The translations under genes were made by a program, and so were the position numbers. 51,516 nt of DNA. Source: Armatimonadota bacterium. GTDB taxonomy: Bacteria > Armatimonadota > Armatimonadia > Armatimonadales > Armatimonadaceae. This document shows positions 18,528 through 28,168 of this stretch, in pieces. The notes under the pieces were generated by a model. That model did no database searches. It saw only the letters and a list, made by a program, of their open reading frames with translations, and was not told the origin of the DNA. Position 1 is the stretch's first letter, and every line of letters begins with the position of its first letter. Where the stretch lies: the NCBI GenBank assembly GCA_043754515.1, contig JAYUUO010000068.1, positions 1 through 51,516 on the forward strand, in the 5' to 3' direction.

Positions 18528-20441
18528 ATGAATACAAAATACACACTGCTACGCTCCCCACACGGGATCCCGCTACTGTCCGCGATGTTTCTTCTACTCA
18601 GTGGGTTCGGCTGTCCTGGAACGGGGTTGACGACACCACCGACGCTAGTCCTTCCCGCCCTGGTGCCCGTCGCCACGTCTCAGGGACTCGCAGACAGTGG
18701 CAAGAAGCCGATTCCCGAACACGGAACGCCGATGATCCCCGGCGATGCCACGGCGAGCCTGATGTTTAGCGGCACGGCCGCGCAGGGCGGTGCCCAAATC
18801 GTCACCGTGGTCAGGCAACCGTTCACGAAAGCGGCGCGCCTCACCTCGCTGGAAAAACCGACGAACATTTGGGATCTGCAAGCCATGGCGGACTGCACCG
18901 GGCCGTTGAATAAAGGGGACGTGTTACTCGTTGCGTTCTACATGCGTTGTGTCGAGGGGCAGAAGGAGACAGGCGAGGCGCGTACGGAGTTCGTCTGGGA
19001 GCAACGCGGCGCTCCTTGGACTAAGTTCGGTGAGCAGGAAGTCAGCGCGGGTAAAGAGTGGAAACAGGTGCTGATTCCGTTTGAGATGCGCGCGGACGCT
19101 CCCGCCGCTGGAACCCACGTCAGTTTCCGCATGGGCTACGGTAAGCAGATCTTCGAGGTTGCCGACTTTCAGCTACTCAACTTCGGCTCGTCCGTTAAGA
19201 TTGACGATCTGCCGCGCACCCGAGCCGTTTATGTTGGTATTGAGGAGAACGCCGCGTGGCGCAAGGCCGCGAATGCCCGCATCGAGAAGATCCGCAAAGG
19301 CGACGTGTCCGTGATTGTAAAGGACGCGTCCGGCAAGGTGGTGCCGAATGCCAATGTCACGCTCCGAATGACGCGCCACGCCTTCGGGTTCGGCTCGGCG
19401 GTCGCGGATCATATGATCGCGGCGCAAACCACTGACGGCGATAAATACCGCGAGTGGGTTACGAAATACTGCTCGAAGGTGGTGATCGAGAACGACCTGA
19501 AGTGGCCTAACTTCGAGAGCGACCCGGTAGCGGCGGATCGCGTCGTCGGATGGCTGAACGCCCATGATGTTCCGGTGAAGGGGCATAACCTGGTCTGGCC
19601 GTCCTACCGAAACTCGCCGGACGATCTGCAAGCTATCGGCACGGACAAAGTGAAGTTGGCGAAGCGGGTAGATGATCACATCACCCGAGAAGTCACCGCG
19701 ATGAAAGGACGACTCGTCGAGTGGGACGTAGTAAACGAACCGTTCGATAATCACGACATCACCGATATACTCGGCGGAGGTTCTTCGGGCGGTGGCAAGG
19801 TTTTGGCGCACTGGTTCAGTCTCACGCGATCACTCGACGCCGGGCCGCGTCTGGTGCTAAATGATTACCCGCCGCTGGACGGTTCGCTGACCGACAACGT
19901 CCACCTGAATAACTTCTACGACAACCTGTCCGCGCTGAAAAAGGCGAACGCGCCGCTCCAGGCCATCGGGTTCCAATGCCACTTCGGTGGCACTATGATC
20001 GCTCCGGAGAGTGTGTTGAAAGGTCTCGATCGGTTCAGCAGGCTCGGGCTTCCCATTACAGTGACCGAGTTCGACATGAACACCCGCGACGCGCCGCTCC
20101 AGGCCGCCTACATGCGTGACTTTATGACCGCCGTGTTCTCGCACCCATCCGTGGACACGTTCCTGATGTGGGGGTTCTGGGAGGGGGCGCACTGGCTACC
20201 CGACGCCGCGTTGTACAACCGCGACTGGACGATCCGTCCGCAGGGGCAAGTGTTCCAGGATCTGGTCGCGAAGACTTGGTGGACGAACGCGGGCGGCGTG
20301 ACGGATGACAAAGGCGCGTGGAAGAGTCGCGGCTTCTACGGCGACTACACGGTGACGGTCACGCCGCGTATCGGATCGCCAAAAACGATACCCACGAAGA
20401 TCGTCAAGGGCGCGAAGAACGTGATCGTCGTGACCTTGTAG
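18528..20441 (+). CDS. GH10 endo-1,4-beta-xylanase with N-terminal carbohydrate-binding-like domain
   Basis: ENDLKW, KGHNLVWP, WDVVNEP (acid/base), IGFQCH, ITVTEFD (nucleophile). Confidence 0.93.
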   Translation: MNTKYTLLRSPHGIPLLSAMFLLLSGFGCPGTGLTTPPTLVLPALVPVATSQGLADSGKKPIPEHGTPMIPGDATASLMFSGTAAQGGAQIVTVVRQPFTKAARLTSLEKPTNIWDLQAMADCTGPLNKGDVLLVAFYMRCVEGQKETGEARTEFVWEQRGAPWTKFGEQEVSAGKEWKQVLIPFEMRADAPAAGTHVSFRMGYGKQIFEVADFQLLNFGSSVKIDDLPRTRAVYVGIEENAAWRKAANARIEKIRKGDVSVIVKDASGKVVPNANVTLRMTRHAFGFGSAVADHMIAAQTTDGDKYREWVTKYCSKVVIENDLKWPNFESDPVAADRVVGWLNAHDVPVKGHNLVWPSYRNSPDDLQAIGTDKVKLAKRVDDHITREVTAMKGRLVEWDVVNEPFDNHDITDILGGGSSGGGKVLAHWFSLTRSLDAGPRLVLNDYPPLDGSLTDNVHLNNFYDNLSALKKANAPLQAIGFQCHFGGTMIAPESVLKGLDRFSRLGLPITVTEFDMNTRDAPLQAAYMRDFMTAVFSHPSVDTFLMWGFWEGAHWLPDAALYNRDWTIRPQGQVFQDLVAKTWWTNAGGVTDDKGAWKSRGFYGDYTVTVTPRIGSPKTIPTKIVKGAKNVIVVTL

Positions 20442-20459
20442 GGCGACTCGCGGAACCGG

Positions 20460-20873
20460 CTAAAGCGGGGCGGCGACGCCCTGGTTGGCCAGTTTGTCCG
20501 CTAAAGCGTTCTGCTCGCGCAATACATGCACTACTTTAGCGGCCGAAAACCGCGCCAGTAACCCTTTCGCCAGCGCGTAGAGCGGCAGGATATGCGGCGC
20601 GGAGACCTTGTACCGCCCGTTGATCTGGTGCGCCATTAGCTCGGAGTCGGTGCGTACTTCCACCTTTTCGACGCCGCGTAGCAGGGCTTCCTGCAGTCCG
20701 CGCAGGAGTGCCGAATACTCCGCGACGTTGTTGGTGGTGTTCGGGATGCGCTCGGCGAGCGTGTGCGCGGGTTCGCTAGCACCCGGCTTGTACAGCGCGA
20801 CCCCGATGCCAGACGGGCCGGGATTGCCTTTGCACGCGCCGTCGGTATGTAGTATCCAAACGTCAGAAGCCAT
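20460..20873 (-). CDS. rnhA: Ribonuclease HI family protein
   Basis: HTDGACKGNPGPSGIG, TNNVAEY, TDSEL, NALADKLAN. Confidence 0.9.
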   Translation of the reverse strand: MASDVWILHTDGACKGNPGPSGIGVALYKPGASEPAHTLAERIPNTTNNVAEYSALLRGLQEALLRGVEKVEVRTDSELMAHQINGRYKVSAPHILPLYALAKGLLARFSAAKVVHVLREQNALADKLANQGVAAPL

Positions 20874-20933
20874 ACGCACACTGTACGGCGTCGTGGGGGT
20901 GGGTGCCACCGGGATTGCGCGGGTCAGGTGGGG

Positions 20934-20993
20934 GCGGGGATCGTTGATCCTCCGGTTCGCACACTTGCAAACCGGAGGATCAACGATCCCCGC
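20934..20993. repeat. 24-bp perfect inverted repeat, dispersed REP-like element
   Basis: gcggggatcgttgatcctccggtt / aaccggaggatcaacgatccccgc; partial second copy at 31058-31088. Confidence 0.9.
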
Positions 20994-21032
20994 TCGCGCA
21001 GGAAGTTGCCCGCCCACGGCGAACTACATGGT

Positions 21033-22643
21033 ATGGAAACCACCCCCGAAGACATCGCCGCCGCCGAACGGCTGGCTGGCCGCCCCGAGACCACGACCGC
21101 GCATCGCGAACTGCTTTTGAAGTCCCTGCCCGGTCTGCGTGACCGACAACAGGCGTTGCGCGCCACCCCGCTCGCGGATGATCTATCGCCCGCGACCGCG
21201 TTCCGGTTGCCTCCCCTTCAGGGTTCGACTGATAACTATGGCGTCGTGCTTCCCGCCGCCACGACGCAGGTGGCGTGGGACGGCGACCCCGCCGTGCTCG
21301 CGTTCGCGCCGGTGACGCTGCTCGGCGAGCTGATCCGCGCCCGCCGCGTCACCGCGCGGCAACTCGCCGAGTCGTGCCTGTCGCGCATGGATCATTTCGG
21401 GCCAGATCTGCATTGCCTGGTCTCGCGGGTGCCTGCCGAAGCCGCCCTCGATGAGGCTGACCGCGCGGACGCCGAGATCGCGGGCGGGCACTACCTCGGG
21501 CCGCTCCACGGGATCCCATTCGGGGTGAAAGATTCGTTCGCGACCATTGATCTGCCAACTTCGGACGGGGCGCGGCGGTGGGCGGATCGGCGGTTCGGCT
21601 ACGACGCCGTCGCGGTGAAACGACTGCGGGGTGCCGGGGCGATACTGCTCGCTACCCTATCCATGGGCGAACTGGCGATGGACGACGAGTGGTACGGCGG
21701 CGTGACGCGCAACCCGTGGTCGCCCGAAACGGGGGCGAGCGGCTCGTCGGCGGGGTCGGCGTCGGCGGTGGCGGCGGGGCTACTACCGTTCGCGCTCGGC
21801 GGTGAGACGTGGGGCAGTATTATCTCCCCCTGTTCGGTCTGCGGCGTGACCGGACTGCGCCCGACGTTCGGACGGCTACCGCGAACGGGCGTTTCCCCCC
21901 TTTCGTGGAGCATGGACAAAATCGGCCCGATGGCGCGGGGCGTCGCCGACTGCGCCCTGATCGTGGACATCCTGCGCGGCGCGGACGCAGGCGACATTTC
22001 GAGCGTGGACGCGCCCTTCGCGTGCGACCTGTCCGCGCCGCTCGCCGGTTTGCGTGTCGGCTACGACGTCGCGGGCTGGGCGACGGTCGTGGGCGAGAGC
22101 GGCAGGCCGGAGCTATCGGGGCATTTCGACGCGGCGAAAGAGACCGTGGAGCGGCTACTGGGCGCGCCGCTAATCCCGGTGCATCTTCCCATTATGACGC
22201 CGGAGTACGAGGCACTTTCGATGCTCATTATCGGGGCTGAGGGCGCGGCGTCCTACGCGGCGTTTATCGCCGACAACGGATTGGACGAACTGGCGCGGCA
22301 GGGCGAGCACGACTGGCCGAATATTTTCCGCGCCGCCCAGATGGTGCCCGCGACCGAATATATCCAGGCGCAAAGGGTCCGTTCGGGGCTACAAAGGGCG
22401 ATGGACACGGCACTCTCCGGCGTGGACGCCTACCTCACGCCCTCCGGCCACGGGCCGTCGCTCCGCTATACGAACCTGACGGGTCACCCCGAGGCGATTA
22501 CCCGGTGCGGATTTACGGAGGGCGGCTTGCCGGTAGCCGTGTCGGTGGTCGGTAATCTGTGGGAAGACGCCGCCGCGCTACGGATCGCCCACGCCTACGA
22601 ACGGGAGGCGTGCTACCAGGACAGAACGCCGACCGGTTTCTGA
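21033..22643 (+). CDS. Amidase signature family protein
   Basis: GPLHGIPFGVKD, SGSSAGSASAVAAG, GETWGSIISP. Confidence 0.93.
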   Translation: METTPEDIAAAERLAGRPETTTAHRELLLKSLPGLRDRQQALRATPLADDLSPATAFRLPPLQGSTDNYGVVLPAATTQVAWDGDPAVLAFAPVTLLGELIRARRVTARQLAESCLSRMDHFGPDLHCLVSRVPAEAALDEADRADAEIAGGHYLGPLHGIPFGVKDSFATIDLPTSDGARRWADRRFGYDAVAVKRLRGAGAILLATLSMGELAMDDEWYGGVTRNPWSPETGASGSSAGSASAVAAGLLPFALGGETWGSIISPCSVCGVTGLRPTFGRLPRTGVSPLSWSMDKIGPMARGVADCALIVDILRGADAGDISSVDAPFACDLSAPLAGLRVGYDVAGWATVVGESGRPELSGHFDAAKETVERLLGAPLIPVHLPIMTPEYEALSMLIIGAEGAASYAAFIADNGLDELARQGEHDWPNIFRAAQMVPATEYIQAQRVRSGLQRAMDTALSGVDAYLTPSGHGPSLRYTNLTGHPEAITRCGFTEGGLPVAVSVVGNLWEDAAALRIAHAYEREACYQDRTPTGF

Positions 22644-22659
22644 GCGGGGACCGCCCTCG

Positions 22660-22696
22660 TTCACACAATTTTCAGAATCGGGCGGTACGGTACAAT
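22660..22696 (+). promoter_or_regulatory. Candidate OmpR-type direct-repeat box and -10 upstream of the response regulator
   Basis: TTCAC-N6-TTCAG (22660-22675); TACAAT at 22691-22696. Confidence 0.55.
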
Positions 22697-22701
22697 CCAT
22701 A

Positions 22702-23397
22702 ATGCGTCTACTACTCGTCGAGGATGAGCCAGAACTCGCCGCCGTCGTGCGCGCCGGACTAACGGCATCTGGATACGCGGTGGACTGGACCGAGCGCGGT
22801 TCGGACGCGCTGGAACGGCTCGGGGCGGGCGGCTACGCCCTCGTACTACTCGACGTGATGCTCCCCGACACCGACGGCTGGCGCGTCTGCGAGATCTTGC
22901 GGCGACGGCATGACCCCATCCCGGTGCTGATGCTCACCGCCCGCGACAGCGTGGAAGATCGGGTGCGCGGCCTGGAATCGGGCGCGGACGATTACCTGCC
23001 CAAGCCGTTCGATTTCCGGGAACTGCGGGCGCGGGTGCGGGCACTGCTCCGCCGCGAGCGCACCAACAAAGGCAAGGTGATCGAGATCGGCGATCTGACC
23101 ATCAACACCGAACGCAAACAGGTGCGCCGTGGTGACCGCGAGATCCCACTCTCTCAGCGCGAGTACACTCTGCTGGAAGCACTCGCGGCGCGGGAAGGCA
23201 CCACCGTTTCGCGGGAGACGATTTTGGAACGGGTGTGGGAAGACACGGACGCGGCGTCTAACACGGTCGAGGTGTACATATCCGCGCTACGGCGCAAAAT
23301 AGACGGCGACGGTGACGTCAAACTGATCCGCACAATCCACGGGCAGGGGTACCGCATGGATCGCCCCGTCACGGCGTCAACGGAGGCGGCACCGTGA
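22702..23397 (+). CDS. OmpR/PhoB-family response regulator
   Basis: LLVEDE, LDVMLP, GADDYLPKPF, winged helix with IRTIHGQGY. Confidence 0.96.
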   Translation: MRLLLVEDEPELAAVVRAGLTASGYAVDWTERGSDALERLGAGGYALVLLDVMLPDTDGWRVCEILRRRHDPIPVLMLTARDSVEDRVRGLESGADDYLPKPFDFRELRARVRALLRRERTNKGKVIEIGDLTINTERKQVRRGDREIPLSQREYTLLEALAAREGTTVSRETILERVWEDTDAASNTVEVYISALRRKIDGDGDVKLIRTIHGQGYRMDRPVTASTEAAP

Positions 23398-24938
23398 ACC
23401 GTTTTTCCGTCCGCGCCCGCCTGACGCTATGGAACGTCGGCGTGGTCGCGGTGATACTGATCGCGCTGGGTTTCGGGGTCCGCGCCATCGTCCGCGCCTA
23501 CCTGACGGCGGGGATTGACCGGGAACTCACCGAACGTGCCGACCGCGTCCGGGACGAGTTCGCCCGCCGTATCCGGTTCGAGAGCGGCAAGTTCTACTTC
23601 GTTCGTCGCCCGCGCCACGACCGTTTAGAGCGCAGATACCCGCTCGATGCGGGAGGCGTGGTGCCGCGCCCCGACGAACGTCCGCGGTTCGTCCCCCCCG
23701 CCGATGCGCAGAGCCATGGCGGCGACATGCCGCCGGTACCACCCGCCTCTGACACGATCACGCCGCGTCTTCTCGGCGCGGGCGGCGAGCCGCTCCCGAT
23801 ACCGTTCTTCCGCCCCCCCGCCCTGGCCTGGGACAAATCCGGGGTGATCGCGGCGCGGGCACGGCGCGGGAGCGTGCTGAGGACGGTGACGGTGGAGGGT
23901 GAATCGTACCGTGTCGTCACGACGCCGGTTCCGGTCAAGGGCGCGGGCGATTCCGAACCGGCCTTTGTACAGGTCGCGTTCCGCCTGACCGACATCCGGC
24001 GGGGCTTATCCGCTCTTGATAACGCACTCCTCACCCTGCTCCCCCTCTCGCTTCTAGTGTCGGGGCTGGGTGGCGCGTGGCTGACGGGGCGTGCGCTCCG
24101 CCCGGTGCGCGAGATCACGCTCGCGACGGATCGCATCGCCGCCGAAAGTTTGTCGGGGCGGTTGCCGGTCTCCGGGAATGACGAATTTTCCGAACTGTCG
24201 CGCCGCTTCAACCAGATGCTGGAGCGTCTTGAGTCGTCATTCGAGCGGCAACGCCGCTTCGTCGCGGACGCCTCGCACGAGTTGCGCACCCCGCTGGCCA
24301 TCGTGACCGCGAACACGAGCCTCGCCCTAGATGACGAAACGGCGCAAACGCCGGAGAGTTCGCGGCTCGCGTTTACCGCGATTCACGGGGCCGTGCTCCG
24401 AATGAGCCGCATAGTGGGCGACCTGCTCCTGCTCGCGCGGACGGACGGCGGCGCGTTGCCGCGCGAGCACAAGCCGGTGCCGTTACGCGACGTGCTACAG
24501 ACCGCCGTGGAAGAAGCGCGCGCCGTATGCCGCGAGCGCACGGGGCAACCCGGCGCGGCGGTCACTCTGTCCACCCCGGACGCGATAACGGCCAAGGACG
24601 CCGACAATTATTACCTGATCCGGCTTTTCGTCAACCTGATCGAGAACGCCCTGCGCTACACGCCCCCGGATGGCGGCATCGCGATCACGGCGCGGTTGAG
24701 CGGCGACTTCGCCCACATCCAGATCGCCGACTCGGGGGTGGGCATCGCGCCGGAGCACCTGCCACACCTATTCGACCGGTTTTACCGCGCGGACGCGGGG
24801 CGGGACCGGGGGCGCGGCGGCACCGGGCTGGGACTGGCCATCGTGCAAACGATAGCGCGGGCGCACGGCGGCGCGGTGACCATCAGCAGTGAGCCGGGTC
24901 GCGGCACCGTGGTGTTCGTCTCCCTACCCGCGCAATGA
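23394..24938 (+). CDS. HAMP-domain sensor histidine kinase
   Basis: Two TMs, HAMP, FVADASHELRTPL, NLIENALRY, DSGVGI, GGTGLGLAI. Confidence 0.96.
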   Translation: MNRFSVRARLTLWNVGVVAVILIALGFGVRAIVRAYLTAGIDRELTERADRVRDEFARRIRFESGKFYFVRRPRHDRLERRYPLDAGGVVPRPDERPRFVPPADAQSHGGDMPPVPPASDTITPRLLGAGGEPLPIPFFRPPALAWDKSGVIAARARRGSVLRTVTVEGESYRVVTTPVPVKGAGDSEPAFVQVAFRLTDIRRGLSALDNALLTLLPLSLLVSGLGGAWLTGRALRPVREITLATDRIAAESLSGRLPVSGNDEFSELSRRFNQMLERLESSFERQRRFVADASHELRTPLAIVTANTSLALDDETAQTPESSRLAFTAIHGAVLRMSRIVGDLLLLARTDGGALPREHKPVPLRDVLQTAVEEARAVCRERTGQPGAAVTLSTPDAITAKDADNYYLIRLFVNLIENALRYTPPDGGIAITARLSGDFAHIQIADSGVGIAPEHLPHLFDRFYRADAGRDRGRGGTGLGLAIVQTIARAHGGAVTISSEPGRGTVVFVSLPAQ

Positions 24939-24984
24939 ACAGCGCGTCGGTAGCCGCCTCCCCGCCACAAATAACGCGGCCATC

Positions 24985-25016
24985 TTCAGGTATTTTTAAG
25001 AACCGCCCGCTATTCT
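24985..25016 (+). promoter_or_regulatory. Candidate OmpR-type direct-repeat box and -10 upstream of the efflux operon
   Basis: TTCAG-N6-TTAAG (24985-25000), then TATTCT 10 nt later; resembles the box at 22660. Confidence 0.55.
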
Positions 25017-25083
25017 AGTAAACGTGTCCCGCTTTGTAATTCGTCGCGGGATGGACGGCAGACCCGACAGGAAACAAATCGTT

Positions 25084-26325
25084 ATGAACTCGACCTCCAA
25101 ACTATTCATCCCTACCCTCTTGCTGGGTTCGCTCCTCGCCGGAGCGTCGGCGAACGCAGACACGACCCTGACATTCGACCGCGAAACGACCGGCAGTCTG
25201 CGCGGCGGGCGACCGGGCGGATTCGGCGGGCCGAGCGGCAACGCGGCGCGGCCGGGCACGAACGCGAAGCAAATCGTCACCGTGCGAATGAAGGGCACGA
25301 AGGCGCGGGTCGAGTTCCGCAACCAGGGAGCCGCCCCCGAGACGCCGCCGACCGCCGTTCTCCTGTATGACGGCACGGCGCAAAAAGTTTATACCCTGGA
25401 CATGACGGCGAGGACATTCTATGTCCAGAGTTTCCGCGAGGCGATTGACGGCGAACGCCGACAGGCCGACCCCAACGCGGGCGGGCTTATGGGCGGCATG
25501 ACGATGACCGCTTCGGTGGACATCAAGGCGGCGCGTGAGCGGAACGAGTTCGTTTCTAAAGAGGTCGCGGGGGTCGCAAGCCGCCAGTACTTCGTCGGCG
25601 GCACGGTCGCGATGCAATTCAACGCGCCCGCCGCCGACACCGTCGTCGCTGATCCCCCTATTCCCCCCGACTCGAACGTCGCCGCTGGCGGCGGGGCGAT
25701 GGGTAGCGTGAACACCACGGTGCAGGCGGCACCGCCGAGCAGCGTGACCGGTCCCGCACCGGGGCCGGGGCAAGGGCGGCGACGCTGGCAGGGCGGCGGT
25801 GGTCCGGGCGGGGCGGGGTTTACGCCGCCGTCGCTCGCCGTGGACGGCGAGGTATGGTCCACGGACGGTGCCGCGCTCTTCACGACGGGACGAGAAACCC
25901 CCGTCGCCGCGATCTACCGGCTGATGATCCCGGACAACGCGGGCCTGTTCGGCGGCTCTCTCACCAAGCCGCTTGTCGCGCGCCTAAAGAGCATGAAGTC
26001 GCTCCCGCGCGAAAGCACTATATCGCTCCGTATGAGTTTCAACTTCGGCGGCAACAATGCCGACCCGAACAGCGCGTCTGCACCCGCCGCCGATCCGCTG
26101 ACGACGCACCTGACGATCAAAGAGATGAAGACCGACGCCGCGCTCGACGACGCCCTCTTCGCGCCGCCCGCCGACTATAAGCAGGCAGAGGCACCGACTC
26201 CCGGCTTCGGAGGTCGTGGCGGCGGGGGATGGGGCGGACGTGGAGGTCAGGGCGGGCGTGGCCAGCGGGGAACGCGCGGCCAGTCCCCGACGGCACCGGA
26301 CGTGAAAGGAACCCAGCAACCGTGA
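25084..26325 (+). CDS. Secreted hypothetical protein, DUF4412/LolA-like, Gly-rich
   Basis: Signal peptide; KGTKARVE...LLYDGTAQKVYTLDMTARTFY; C-terminal LDDALFAPPADYK. Confidence 0.7.
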   Translation: MNSTSKLFIPTLLLGSLLAGASANADTTLTFDRETTGSLRGGRPGGFGGPSGNAARPGTNAKQIVTVRMKGTKARVEFRNQGAAPETPPTAVLLYDGTAQKVYTLDMTARTFYVQSFREAIDGERRQADPNAGGLMGGMTMTASVDIKAARERNEFVSKEVAGVASRQYFVGGTVAMQFNAPAADTVVADPPIPPDSNVAAGGGAMGSVNTTVQAAPPSSVTGPAPGPGQGRRRWQGGGGPGGAGFTPPSLAVDGEVWSTDGAALFTTGRETPVAAIYRLMIPDNAGLFGGSLTKPLVARLKSMKSLPRESTISLRMSFNFGGNNADPNSASAPAADPLTTHLTIKEMKTDAALDDALFAPPADYKQAEAPTPGFGGRGGGGWGGRGGQGGRGQRGTRGQSPTAPDVKGTQQP

Positions 26326-28166
26326 GCACCACCGACATCGCGACACCGGCGAAAAAACCGGTGCGCCGCAAGCAGAACCGGGCCGGGGCGATCGTAGCCG
26401 CGATCCTCGCTGTCGCTGCCGTCGGGGGCGGCTACGCCTACTCTAGAGTGCGCGGCGCGGCGACGTCCGAGGCGACGATGACGCAGTACAAGACCGCGGC
26501 GGTCGCGATCGGCACGGTCAAGAAGACCGTCTCCGCGACCGGCACGCTGAAGCCCTGGCGCACCGTGGATATCAAGTCGCGCGCCGGAGGCGAGGTGAAA
26601 GTTCTCGCGGTAGAGGTCGGGAACGTGGTCAAGAACGGACAGATCATCGCCCGCATTGATCCGACTGACTCCTCGACCACTTTTCGGCAGGCGCAAGCGG
26701 ATCTCGATTCGGCGGTCGCCCGAAAGGATCAATCGGCCGAGACGTACCAGCTCCAACTCCGCCAAACACAGACCGGCATCCAGAACGCCGAGGCGGATCT
26801 CGCTTCCACTCGGGCGAGCGAGGCGCAAGCCGAAGCGCGACTGCTGACAGCGCGTACTCAGGCGGCGACCCAGCCCGCGCTCACCTCCGCGGCCATCGCG
26901 CAGGCGAAAGCCTCCTATGATCAGGCGGTGAAACAGCGCAAGCAACTCGACGCGACCAACCCGCAGGCCGTGGCGTCCGCGAAAGCCGCGTACGAACAGG
27001 CGGCGGCGAACCTCAGCAATGCAAGGACGAGCTATGACCGGCAGAATTCGCTGGTCAGAAGAGGGTTCGTTTCGCAGTCCGCCGTGGATCAGGCGCAGGC
27101 GACACTTTCGGTCAATCAGGCGCAAGTCGGTTCCGCGAAGGCGAAACTGGACACCGTCGGTGCCGAACTTTCGGCGAACGTCGAGAACGCCGACGCCCGC
27201 GTCGCGCAAGCCAAAGCCGCGCTCGACGCCGCGAAGCAGAACGCGGTCGCAGTGAGCAATCAGCGCAATAGCCTGGTCGAGTCTCAGGCGGCGGTGCTCC
27301 AGGCGAAGGCACTTGTACAACGCTCCATAGAGTCGCTCGCCCAGGCGCGGGCGAACGCGAAGAACAACAAGATACGCGGCTTCGATGTGGTCTCCGCGCA
27401 AGCGACCATCGCCCGGTCCGAGGCTTCCAAAACCAACGCCGAGACGATCCTGCGGCAGACCGTGGTTCGCGCCCCGTCCGGCGGTGTCGTGCTCCAGAAG
27501 TATGTCGAGCAGGGCACGATCATCACATCGGGCCTGTCGCTCAACTCCACCGGTACCAGCATCGTACAACTCGGGAACATCGAGCGGATGTATGTTGACG
27601 TCACCGTAGACGAGACCGACATAGCGAACGTGGACGACGGCCAAAAGGTCGAGGTCTCGTTCGAGGGCTACCCCGGCGTGCCGTTCGAGGGCAAGGTCGC
27701 CCGTATTGATCCGCAAGCCCTGGTCGAGCAGAACGTCACCAGCATCCACGTACGCGTCGAGGTGGATAACTCCTCGCCGACGTTCCGCTTGCTCAAGCCC
27801 GGCATGAACGCGACGTGTCTTTTCGTGCTGAACGAAAAGTCGGACGTGGTTTCTGTACCCGGCGAGGCGGTTCATGAGGACGACAAGGGCAAGTATGTCG
27901 AGATCGCGTCCGGTGGTAAGCCCACTAAGGACGACCCCGGCTCGTTCGTCAATGTGAAGCGAACCCGCGTCGCCGTGGAGACCGGTCTGGAAGGCAACGA
28001 CCTGATCGAGATAACCTCGGGCTTGAAGGGCGGCGAGACCGTTGTCACGCAGACGATTGACCCGACTCCCGCAACCGCGCCGGGTGGCGCGCTGGGCGGA
28101 TCCCCGTTCGGCGGCGGAAACCGCGGCTTCGGCGGCGGCGGTAGCGGCGGACGGGGGGGGCGCTAG
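26322..28166 (+). CDS. Efflux periplasmic adaptor (MacA/HlyD-like) with very long coiled coil
   Basis: TM; VSATGTLKP..VDIKSRAGGEV; VRAPSGGVV; VDETDIANV; LKPGMNA; GTG overlaps the upstream stop. Confidence 0.92.
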   Translation: MSTTDIATPAKKPVRRKQNRAGAIVAAILAVAAVGGGYAYSRVRGAATSEATMTQYKTAAVAIGTVKKTVSATGTLKPWRTVDIKSRAGGEVKVLAVEVGNVVKNGQIIARIDPTDSSTTFRQAQADLDSAVARKDQSAETYQLQLRQTQTGIQNAEADLASTRASEAQAEARLLTARTQAATQPALTSAAIAQAKASYDQAVKQRKQLDATNPQAVASAKAAYEQAAANLSNARTSYDRQNSLVRRGFVSQSAVDQAQATLSVNQAQVGSAKAKLDTVGAELSANVENADARVAQAKAALDAAKQNAVAVSNQRNSLVESQAAVLQAKALVQRSIESLAQARANAKNNKIRGFDVVSAQATIARSEASKTNAETILRQTVVRAPSGGVVLQKYVEQGTIITSGLSLNSTGTSIVQLGNIERMYVDVTVDETDIANVDDGQKVEVSFEGYPGVPFEGKVARIDPQALVEQNVTSIHVRVEVDNSSPTFRLLKPGMNATCLFVLNEKSDVVSVPGEAVHEDDKGKYVEIASGGKPTKDDPGSFVNVKRTRVAVETGLEGNDLIEITSGLKGGETVVTQTIDPTPATAPGGALGGSPFGGGNRGFGGGGSGGRGGR

Positions 28167-28168
28167 CC

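Noticed and set aside
26247..27875. Long antisense ORF (542 aa) and similar shadow ORFs across the window
   Set aside because: They mirror well-supported genes on the opposite strand, as expected in high-GC DNA.
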